Assembly (NCBI GenBank): GCA_032718475.1
Contig: JAUCBJ010009085.1
Location: forward strand, 1-58,947
Direction: 5' to 3'
Source: Nemertoderma westbladi
Lineage: Eukaryota; Animalia; Xenacoelomorpha
DNA: 58,947 nucleotides
Below are positions 48,284 to 58,947 of this stretch, in pieces. Each line of letters opens with the position of its first letter. Positions within the stretch are counted from its first letter, which is position 1. A program made the position numbers and the translations under genes. Under the pieces are notes generated by a model, which did not search any database, was not told where the DNA came from, and saw only the letters and a program-made list of their open reading frames with translations.

Positions 48284-51200
48284 TTAGTTTAGAATCTCTC
48301 TCTCTCTCATGAAGGTGCCTGTACTACCTGAATCAAGGAGGGCATTAATAATAAGTTGTCCATGAATTCTAAGCTGTACCACCACGATCTCTCTAATGCC
48401 GACAGATGGTTGCGAAACCTTCCACGAGGGCTGTCTATCTGGAATGGGTAGTTGGGCTTCCTCTCCATCAGTCGCTGACTCATAAGTAAGGGCTCGATAT
48501 ATGGCTGTGTTGATCATATAGCAGGAGTCGTTTTCATCAGAAAACTCATCTGTATAGAATCCTTCCTTCTCTGAACTCTGATCTGTGTCGTTTACATCAC
48601 TGAACTGAACATGTAGTTCTGGTTCACTTACCTTATCAAACTCGGTTTGCAGTAGGATATGGTGTTTCGCTCCACACTTAGTGCACCTCGCATCGGAGTA
48701 ACAGGTTATCCTTTGATGTCCTTTCCAGAGGCAGTTGTAACATAACCTTTTATCCCAAGTTATACTACGCCTATCCTTTAGTTCTTTCTCTAAGAATTCC
48801 TCACACTTACTTAATTGATGTGGCCTGTCACACAATACACACTTAGGTTTGATGTTACTTACCTTTGTATGCATGGTGTTTTATACATGAGTTCTTTCCT
48901 CGGGCTTCCTACCAGGAATTATCTTGGGAGATGAAGGAGTAGTTCTAAGTTATTCTCCCTTGTTACTAGGTCAAACCTTGGGTTTTCCTATCTCCTTACC
49001 TTTACTGGTATAATAAATCTCTTTGGTGTCCTTGCCACTGTCTTCATCATAGGACGTTTGACTCTTATACTCAGTATAACATACTGGCGTTATCTTTCTC
49101 CTAGCAAAAGGTTTCTCACTCACCTTGGTTTCTGGAGTCTTCTCTCTAGACTGTTTAATTAGCTGTAATCTTACCTCTTCGTTTAAGAACGACATAAGGT
49201 CAGCCATGGTTGGATCTCTCTGATGTTGGTCCATAAAGTATAGAACCTTTTTGTCCCAACGAGTACCTACTCCGCCCTTTGGCAAAATTGATGCTACAGC
49301 TCCTACCACCATAGAACTTTTGGTATTCATGAGACTTACCCAACCAGTCTAACTGTCTACAGATCTCCTGAATCTCATCAGGAAAACTCTATAATCCCAT
49401 TGCTAGGAAACTTCCTGGGCACTACTAATTTTGCATACAGATATCTAGCTATGTTAGTCCTATTACCATACCTGATGTTAAGTGTATCCCAGACTTGTCT
49501 TAATCAGTCAGGATGTCCAATAAACTTAAACGCCATGCCATTAACTTGGGAGGACCTTCCAAGAACTCAATGAGGAATCGTAGTTTTTCTCCGTTAGATA
49601 GTACAGAGTTTTGTATGTTATCTTTGTAATATTCATTAAAAGGTAACCACTTCATCTCATCTCCATTAAACTTGACAACCTCACCCACCTTTACAGCTTG
49701 ACGAGCTTCCGTCCTAGCCATCTGACGCGTGAAACTCTCTTGAGCCATCGTACTATTTAATATTGAATTATCGGTATATACATTTCTCGGATTATTATCA
49801 GATCGGTGTGGGATATCATTATCAACTGGTTTATTATTATTATTTAATATGGTTTACTATAGGAGTTTCTACTTCACTAACAGTATAGATGCGTGTAGGC
49901 TCTACACCTTGCGCATGAGGTAATTCAGGCCTAAAGGGCTTATACACCGTTACAGGGGGTGGTGGTATACCCATTTGTATATTTACTAATTTATCACGCT
50001 CTAGAGCAATGTGTTGCTGCACTTCTTGCAACTCTATTTTACCTGTCCCGTAATGTTCCCTTTAATAATTTAACAGTTTCTTCCAAATACCTGACTTGCT
50101 CAGTGGATTGAGCTTTTGTTTGGGCTAAGTGCCCAAGCAACTCTCTCATCTCCCTCCTCCATCCACTCAACCGCAGGTGCAGAAGCTGCCAACATGGTAG
50201 CTGGATGGCTCATCGGGGCTACAGGGGCTTTCCAGAACATTTTTTGTTCTGTTTCAATACCGGTCTGGGACTCTGGTATTTGTCCACTGGTCAAGGGAAG
50301 TTTGGTACTGTGTAAAGGGAACTCAATGGAGTAGTCTTGATAGCAGGCCTAATTATTTCTGGCTCATCCACTATAGTAGGGAGTCTATCAGATTATACAA
50401 CTTGAGTTATTGACTCTCTAGTTCTTAAGTCTGCGCTAGCTAATTCCCTTCTCACCGGGGGGGGGGGGGGGGGGGGGGGGGATGTGGGGGAAAGTTAGGT
50501 AACTTATGTCCTATGGGCACTCTTCTACATCTGTTTGAATGGGATTTGTTACTTCTGCACTCGGAATCAGTGGTAGTACCTTCGTCCGAAGAGGTATTAA
50601 ATCCATGTCTTTTAGGAGTAGATTGACTTAGGTATTGCATCTGAGTCGCTGCCCTTTGTTTACTTAAGAAATCTTGTCTCGCTTGAATGGTCTCTATCTC
50701 TAGTTGTGCTTTTGTTTCAGCTGCCTTTCTTTCAACTTCTGTTGTGGCAGCTTTAAGTTCGACTTCTGCCGCCGCCACTGCACCTTTAAGTTCGGCTTCT
50801 GCCACTGCCACTGCAGCTTTAAGTTCGGCTTCTGCCGCTGCCGCTGCAGCTTTCCGTTCGACTTCCACCGCTGTTGCTGCAGCTTTCCTTTCAACTTCCA
50901 CCGCTGTTGCTGCAGCTTTCCATTCAACTTCCGCTGCTGTAACTTTAAGTTCGGCCTCAACGGCAGCAGCTCTTTTCCTATCTTCTATTAATCCTTTCTT
51001 TTTGTTCTTTACTTGTTCCTCCTTGTCTAAAGCGATGTGAATGTCTTCGTCTATTTTAGCTTGCTCAACCGCTTGCATCTGGGTATCCAATGAGTCTAAG
51101 ATTAAGTTGGCTGCCTCACTATTGGGATAAAGTCCAGCTAGATGTCTCCTTAGTTCTTTATGACCTATGAATCATTGGTAATCAGATAAATATATGTCAA

Positions 51201-51690
51201 TAGCATCTTTCTTCGGAGGTTTTTCAGAAACCGCCTCGCTTTCCCCATGAGAAAAGACTGCGTCTGTGTATTTTCTGTAGACTAGTTGTTCTGCCAACTG
51301 AGCCTTCCACTTGGTTGTTCCCTGGACTTTAACATTAACACGTTGGAACCAAGTCTTTACTGACACTTGTAGTGATGTATCTTGACTTCTCTTTGAGGCT
51401 TCTTCGAACGCTGACAGGATTAATCTAATCCTTAGTATCCGTTCTCTTACTTGGTATAGCAGTTCTCCCTACTCGAGTGGTCCCAGTTGCCCTCAGAATA
51501 ACTGCGTTTCTATTCGTCCTAAGGAGTTGAAGAATCCCTGGACATATCTGGCTGCCGATCTCTTCCATACAGCGGGATCTCTGGTATCTCTAACTACGCC
51601 AATCTGATGTAGGTCTTCCCAGGCAGCTTCAGAGAAGTTAAACAGTAGTCCGGGTTCGGGAAAGTTCCATTGAGTTTCCACAATAGACTT
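48284..51690 (-). pseudogene. gag: BEL gag plus protease, multiply disrupted
   Basis: KFNGD...W..F...LSNGEKLRFL (DUF1759-like); CVLC..H..C, CYNC..GH..C and CTKC..HH; ALLDSGS protease. Confidence 0.9.
50735..50965 (-). repeat. 33-bp coding repeat (AAATAVEVERK-like, coiled coil) in BEL gag
   Basis: Recurring GCAGCTTT...TTC(A/G)(A/G)CTTC units; ORF 50452-51090. Confidence 0.8.
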
Positions 51691-53544
51691 TAATTCCTAT
51701 AATTAATTACTATAATAATTAATAATTAGTTATAAAGTTATAATTAATAACTATAATTATATCACAGTTGAATGCCTATCACCATAACAACATTTAAAGT
51801 AAGTCTAAGGTAAATCAGTATCAACTGTCAGTCTTATAGTTACCAAATATTGTTACTCAATGTAACGTGGGTAGATAATGAGTGTTATAATACCGGTATA
51901 CACTCTATAGTATATATAACAGTATTACTACTACAGACTGATATTAATTACTGAATACCGGTATATGGGTTTAACCTAAGTTATATAAATATATAATAAG
52001 CTTACTATAGATACCAATATTATCAATAATTAAATAATAACTGATGATATCCGATTTTCGGAATTATTTCCCCTTTACTCTATTACTGATATTAAGCAAT
52101 AGGTTCAACTAATATTAAGACCTAATTGATGTCTAACAGGCCTACTAATTTATAAATCTGGTTGAGTTAAATTTATAAATATATATGTACCCGTAATGGG
52201 TTTTGTCAATTATTGAAATAAATGTTATTATTTCTGAGTACGAAGTCACTATACAGAGGTTTGACGCTTTCAGTGGAGTGCTACTTGTTAGACACTAAAT
52301 ACTGATAGTTATACTTAACTAAGTTACTTATCACTACTGACGTATAACAGATTGAGATTACACAATCTCTAAGTAAACAATAAACAAAGTTACATGTACA
52401 ATTTTTAGGGTAATTTTACAAGAATTTTACAAACCAGATTAACAAGAATTTAGAATTGCTGGTTCTTACAGACTGATAGGGAATTTACGGAATTTTGAAA
52501 CCAATAAAGTAGTATTCAATACGTTGTGTTGTCCAGATAAGGAAATGCTACCGTCTGATGGCTTATAGTCTACACTATTAACAAATGTACCCGGAGTGTC
52601 CTATACCTAGAGATTAATTATCGAAGCCTACGTTAACGGACCTATTAACCACGTTACAACACAAATATACTGCGTACACACTAAATTAACTTTCAGGAAA
52701 GTGCTGTACTCTAAACCCTAAATTAGATACTATCACTTATACAACATATAACTTGCAATTAAATATACATGAACAGCTAAAAGAACCACAGCATCTGCTG
52801 GAGTGACCGGAGTATTTAAGCTTACTCATCCAATGCTAAATAAATCACCAGTCTGCCCTATGCCAAGCAGACCTGAAGTAGTACCAGGGTTAATTTAACT
52901 ATTATGGTATGTATAACAAGCAGAATTACTGTAAGGAATAAACTTGGGGACATGAATGTTGTAAATTTACTTGCATAAACTCTGAATAATAAATATTACG
53001 CTACCTGTACAGACTATTCAAATAAAACACAGACCAAAATGCTGACAGACTACCGCCAAGCCTTAAAATAAACTACAGTATATGCAGTCTCCAAAATGGT
53101 TAGTTAGTAAGCGTTCTAGACTACGTAGTACGACTTATTCTTTCGTGGGGGATTTACCTTACAACTTTGGAAGCCTCCACTGTCTAACTAGCACTTTATT
53201 AGACGAATAACCTACACATACTGTAATCCACTTCAGACCTAACAACAATCAGACAACAATTCAGCCTATGAGTTACCTTTACAATCCGAGCAGGTTTACA
53301 CGCCTTCTGCTCAATACTACACTTACAGATAAATAAAGCCAACAGAAATAAGTAAACCATACAAGGAATAAGGGGTGATCAATCCCTATCCCTAATCCTC
53401 TAACAGCCTACGATATACAATATTTCACAATCGAAGTAATACTGCAATACAGCACTGGTCTGGTACCGCTAAGCCTACAGGTTACCATCCAACCGGTACT
53501 TTAAGGTTTTATTGCCAACGGAACAATAAAAATAAATCTATTAA

Positions 53545-54466
53545 TGTTCGCGCTTTTAGACCTTTAGCAGTTTAACCCGCTAATTTAAGTGTCTTAGGAA
53601 TTGACAATCGCCCGGACTAATTGACATCAGCTGAAGCCAGTCTAGCGCAGCATGCGACCCACGGATGTGGGAGACTGGATTCTATTTTAGAGAGAGGAGT
53701 AGGCTACTTTGTATTATTCGATTGATCACTACTATATAATCTCCGACAACTACTTTCGGGGAAATATTAACAGTTCCTTTGGGGCGTGGCGCTTTAAGTA
53801 TCACACAGAGTTATGACTGACACTAATTACAACTAGTGGCAATGAGATAACGCAAATGGCGCATTCTTTAGGAATGCTTTATTAACCTTCACACTCAATT
53901 TCTGCACTAATATTCACATTAACACACACTGATTTGCCGACTGTCACCGATTTTAGTCATATATAAGGAGGATTGCGACTCACATACATCGGGGTTATGA
54001 AATAGCATTGAATTCATACAGACCACTATAAATTGAGCCACAATTGCTACTGATACCCTTCTGCTTACCTCAGTAATTAAGAAAGTTAAGGGGGATTTAA
54101 CGATTATTCATCAGTATTCTCCAAATATATCATCCATTAATATATAACAACAGCTAATAACAGTATCTCTCAGGCCACTGATGTTTTCGGGCGAAGTCAG
54201 AACAGCTAGAAAATCAGAATGAATGAATTCTGAGAAATTTGCTGCATTGCGTCATTTCATTTAGGCTACTCGTAAAGGGAGATCGCTCTGATTGGCTGAA
54301 ATATGTCAACAACTAACACAGATCCTTCACACAAAGAAACAGTTGGTAGATTTCGTCATCTCAGCTCTGTGTTTGGACAGACACGTAGTTGCATAAGTTT
54401 ATAAGTCTTTTAGAGTATTTACCGCATTGCTCAAAATGACTTATTTTGTCCACAACAGCTTTTACA
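53545..54466 (-). repeat. BEL 5' LTR (922 bp)
   Basis: TGTAAAAGC...GCGCGAACA on the minus strand; matches 38324-39402. Confidence 0.9.
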
Positions 54467-54649
54467 ATAACATAGGCTCTACGCATAAAGAAACAGCTGG
54501 CTAATTGCGTCATGGTAGCTCTGTACTAAAACAGAGGCTAGAGGACATAAGCCTACACATTAGCTTATACTTTGAAATAATGCTGGACTTTTTAGAGTAG
54601 TTCGCAAATTGCACAAAAACGAAACATTTGTGCCACAAAAGCTTCAACA
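54467..54649 (-). repeat. Remainder of a related BEL LTR (other part 38266-38323)
   Basis: Diverged homolog of the adjacent LTR terminus (AAAGAAACAGCTGG...TTTTAGAGTA...CCACAAAAGCTTCAACA), starting TGTTG on the minus strand. Confidence 0.65.
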
Positions 54650-54724
54650 AATAATATTAAAATATTTCATTATCTTAGGCCTACTCGAAACAAACTCGAA
54701 ATTGTTCGTTTGTGATATGCACGA

Positions 54725-55163
54725 AACCCTAATTAAAATTGTCATGTAACCCTAACACTATATTCTGTATGAATCATCGAAATGGACGCTGTTAAAATGT
54801 ATTTTTATATCATATGAGACTGTAATTATCCGGAGGCAAAGCTAACTTAATCGCTCAAGATAATTTTGTTGAGCAGGATGACCGATATATTGAAAGACGA
54901 CGACTGTTGTACAGGAGGAGGAGGTCAAAGTAAAAGTTGTAAAACAAGTCACAGCCGTGTTAACATTTCTTTCTAAGATAAGAAGAAATTCGTTTACACC
55001 AAAGCTGCCGCCATACCAACAGGGTTTTTATAGCCAGCCATATGTATACTGTATATTGCCTTGTGTAATGTACTGTCGGACCGAAGGGACTTGGAGAGGC
55101 ACTATTGTAATGCCCAAAATTACATAAAATTTTTAGGGTTCCATGACAATTTTAATTAGGTTT
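54725..55163. repeat. ~31-bp inverted repeat pair (MITE-like)
   Basis: CCTAATTAAAATTGTCATGTAACCCTAA versus TTAGGGTTCCATGACAATTTTAATTAGG. Confidence 0.6.
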
Positions 55164-55934
55164 TATTTAACCCCCCCCCCCCCCCCCCCCCCAATTAAAC
55201 TTGTAGTGCTACTTGATATATCTTTATATTTATTGTTCGTTATGTTGCGTTGCGCGAATTACAGTATACAGTAGGGCGTACTCAAACGTTATTAGGCTGT
55301 TACAAATACAGTACAGTATATAACGTACTTTGGCATATTGGTTACATTTTAAGTGTTTTTCAAATCCCAATACAGTACCAACTTACTTAGTAATATTACT
55401 CTTTACGAATTAAAGAGATAATTAATTAAAGAAATAAAATCTTTACCAGATTATCGTAGAGATAACCCCATCTTGAATAAATCTCAGAAACAGAATCTCA
55501 GGCATTGAAGGATACATTTCATAAGGCCGACCATGTGTCCTGGATGAATCGTTTAATTTTATTTACATATAAAAGAAATTCCACTCAAATCTACCATAAA
55601 TTACTACTAGTTCCCATAAAATGTTATAACCTTCTGATTCGAAGCACTACAAATTGATTTAAATATAAATAAATATATATATATAAATAATTGACATATT
55701 TGGTAAACAGAAAAGGTGCAAATTAATTTTAATTTTGACTTTTCTTCTTATAATTAATTACCTCTGTATATAAATAACCTCTATAACATTATGTTTCATA
55801 ATATTTTTGCATTAAATACTGATTCTACGATTTATTACACCCGCCAATTTTTGTTTGAGGAACAGTTATTTTTTTGCGATGGATGTTGAAATTGTTTGGT
55901 TGGGGAGGTGAATTTTGTTGGATGAGGGAATGTT

Positions 55935-55965
<31 letters not shown>

Positions 55966-57349
55966 GGGGGCGAAAATGTGATATATTGTTACAGCCCCCC
56001 CCAACGAAGAGGACTCCCGTACGCCTAAGGTTCTGTAGGTTGGATATGACGGGCGGATTGTATTATCTGAAGCAATAGGGAAAGCAAATAACCTGTACCG
56101 GTCACAATTATTGGCAATGTGAATCTGTATTGGTAGTGTTGTTGGATAGTACCAACCTTATGTTGCCCGGTGATCTAAGCAACATTTAATTTGGTGATTT
56201 TAATCTAGTCAATTATTAACAAAGATGTAATTAATTATTAACTTTATTACGAAATTTAAAAAAGTTCATATATCAACTTTTATAATAATTAACAGTAGAA
56301 AGGAAGTAAGTAAGAAAGTAAGAAAGAGAGTGTTATTTTTGACAAAAATCCTACTTTGACAATGCCCCGCCCCACGTGCTTCTGTACAATGTAATCGTGT
56401 GGGGGTCTCTACATTTTTCCGAAGTCTTACTACTTTAGAAAGTTCTACAAGCTCATGGAGTAAAAGTTTTCTATTCTACAGCCAACCTAACTATTCAAAT
56501 TTTAAATGGAAACTAGAAAAGCCAGATGTGTCAAAAATTACACATAAAGTAGGTAAAATAGTGGCAATAAAGGCAGCATTTCAATTTCTGAAGTCACTTA
56601 TTCTGTAAATATGTCTAAATAGTTAAGTGAAGAATAAAAGCTAACTAAAAATACATAATAATTATAATTTTTATTTATAAATTAAATGTAATAAATATTA
56701 CTTATAAACAGATTTTGGGGGGTGGTGGGGGGTGGGCACTACTTAGTTACAAAAACTGAACCGATTCTAGACTCAAATTTTATCACGCATCTGATTCTGA
56801 AACTCGTTGTCCATATCTTACTTTTCGAGTCATAGTGATATAATGTTGTTTCCAACAGTATGTCCAGCAGCAATACTGCATTCCAAGCTGTTTGAGTATG
56901 GTCTGACGGTAAGACCTGCAGATTATTAAATTTAAAATAACATTAAACTTTTAATACCGGTCACTCTATACTATAATACAGTAATAATTGGGAGTAGGAT
57001 ACACTTGGATATTAAAAAATGTCACCGGTAAACCCAACATAATGAAGTAAAGGTAAAGCTGCACTACTCAGATACCACAGATTTCTAGTACACAAACTTG
57101 TTCAACAATTCAAACATAAATAAATTAATTAATTACTGTAACTTAGAAGAAAAAGTCACAAGACTCAGTGTTATCTCAAACAAAAGTAGCTGTACTTGGC
57201 AGGCTACTACAAATACAAAACGAAGCTTTATACTGTGTAGTAGATACCTGCCAAAGCAAATACAAAACGGTTATGAAGCCTATGGTGTGGTGTACATCTG
57301 CCAATAATCAGCTAAAAAGCTACATTATAACTACACTGGGTTTACTGTG

Positions 57350-57808
57350 TCAAGTACAATGCACTCATCTCCAACCAGACACTATATAACATTGGAGGTG
57401 TCTCATTGGTTCCCCCAAGCTTGACACTAGAACAAAGCCGCCTCCACTTTGCAGGACATTTGCTTCCGCCGTGAGGACCAGCCAGTGCATAATCTTGTGC
57501 TTTGGCACACTGATGGAGTGACTAAGCATGGTGGACAGCCGACGAATTTCGTGAGACGCCTCCTAAAGGACACTGGCCTTGAAGATGTGTATAATCTCGT
57601 GAAAGTCATGAGGGGTAGAGAGTTGTGGCAGTGCAACGTTGTTGATAAGCTGGCATAGCATCCTTAATACACGCTGCATTGGGCTTGCCAATTGTGGATT
57701 GCATGGTGGTAACAAAATATTTTTGTTAAGCTGGTATAAGCTGGTTGTTAAATACAGCATGTCAATGTGAAGTTTCAATGCAGCAGGCCGATTATAGTAG
57801 TAGTAGTA
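57350..57808 (+). mobile_element. RTE 3' fragment
   Basis: RREDQPVHNLVLW, (TAG)n tail; homologous to 21480-21885. Confidence 0.88.
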
Positions 57809-58775
57809 CTGGAACTACTGCTGCTCTAAATAATAGGACCTTAAGTTTCTGATGATGTAGCCCATAATTAATTCATTTCCGAATTCTGTGGTCAGTCCAG
57901 GGGGCCCTTTTCCTGTTTCAAGGGTATACAGGAACTGTTTCTGCAGCTGCTAACTTAACTGCTTCTGTGAAGGCAGTATAGCCCTACCGCCTTAGAGGCA
58001 AGAACCTCATACCTGTTGCTCAGCTGTAGTGTGAAGCTGGATCTCACACTTGGCTGTTGCAACAGAGAGGACCAGTTATGCCGCGGCAAGGTCGATTTCG
58101 TTATTCTGCTAGCACGCAGCAGTAGCTGCTTGTAAATTGTGGTAGAAATTTTCCACCTCCTCTACTGGGGCAACACTTGTAGGTGAATAGCACACAACCA
58201 GAACGACCTTAGGAAATTTCTTAGCCAGTCTTCCAGTACATGAGAAGTGGCAATGGATGATGCTGTTAAAGATTTGGTATATTTTGTCCAATCCTGCCTG
58301 CCTGTGCTGTTGGATTCATCAATATACCAAATTCCACCACTGCCACTATCATCTGCTGATGCGAGGGCAAATCGCCAACACCCCCCCCCCCCCCAATGTC
58401 CTTCAGAACCTCATCAGTCTGTCCAGTCAGCATTCGGTGCTCTTGAATACCAAAAAGACCCACCAATGGCTATGCAGCTCATCTACTGGACCATGCCCTG
58501 TTGTACCCCTGCTGCCTGGTGCAGGAAGCAGTGAAGGAGAAGCCATTGTTAGATTGTCATCTACCTGGTCAGGCCATATATCCCTGCAGGAGAGTGTATG
58601 GGTCCTTAATCCAGGACCAAGGGCGTCCCTATCCAAGATCGAAGGGGTCATAGGTACAGGACCAGATTTGCCCTTAATAAGAGGGTCTATGCAACCACAA
58701 CAGGTGGCACCTCCTTTATGCTGCATGGAGGTGGCAAGTTTTCTTGACAAGAATACCTGACCTGACATTTGATCT
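57809..58775 (-). mobile_element. Deleted RTE copy: 5' UTR plus APE endonuclease fragments
   Basis: GIQEHR, GILMN, VVCYSPT...EEVENFY; 5' UTR homologous to 47400-47800. Confidence 0.8.
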
Positions 58776-58947
58776 ACCTACCTGATAACTAGCAAGAAAT
58801 CCGGCTGGATATACATATGTTATCATGAGATTGCATTGTCTGGCAAGATATTATTATTGAGCGAGTTATAACACGATACAGTTTGTTACATACAGCAATA
58901 TCATTCATCCTTACAGAAGTTACTGTAAGTGTGTATTCATTATTAAG

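Larger units (their letters stand above)
38324..54466 (-). mobile_element. BEL/Pao LTR retrotransposon (~16 kb including nested RTE, SINE and gap) with accessory ORFs
   Basis: LTR pair, PPT, gag (DUF1759-like plus triple Cys/His), protease and integrase. TSD not cleanly resolved. Confidence 0.85.

Noticed and set aside
50687-51040. Cys-rich and Ala/Ser-rich plus-strand ORFs
   Set aside because: They are antisense shadows of the 33-bp coiled-coil repeat in BEL gag.

Overview
Eukaryotic, probably invertebrate animal, DNA made almost entirely of nested transposable elements, with one apparent host gene: an uninterrupted SLC18B1-like MFS transporter ORF at 26145-27458. In the left part, a Ty3/Gypsy (Mag-like) element at 66-13538 has its 3' LTR split by a full-length two-ORF LINE, and that LINE's ORF2 is split by a 4.4-kb TTAA-inserting non-autonomous DNA transposon. 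The middle holds decayed LINE/RTE copies, a Kolobok-like MITE, a PIF1/Helitron helicase relic, and a full-length LINE (29706-34658, 14-bp TSD) inside a BEL RNase H region. That LINE has an unusual in-frame, AUG-less extension of Pro-rich repeats plus a zinc finger between ORF1 and the endonuclease-RT. On the right, a roughly 16-kb minus-strand BEL/Pao element (LTRs 53545-54466 and 38324-39402) appears inserted in the LTR of a relative. It carries two extra same-sense, non-env-like ORFs of about 450 codons, one with a CCHC knuckle, between integrase and the 3' LTR, and it has no obvious tRNA PBS. A 100-N assembly gap at 48146-48245 lies where the BEL RT/RNase H would be. No CRISPR array, rRNA or intact tRNA was seen. 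All alignments and counts were done by eye, and clade names are motif-based.
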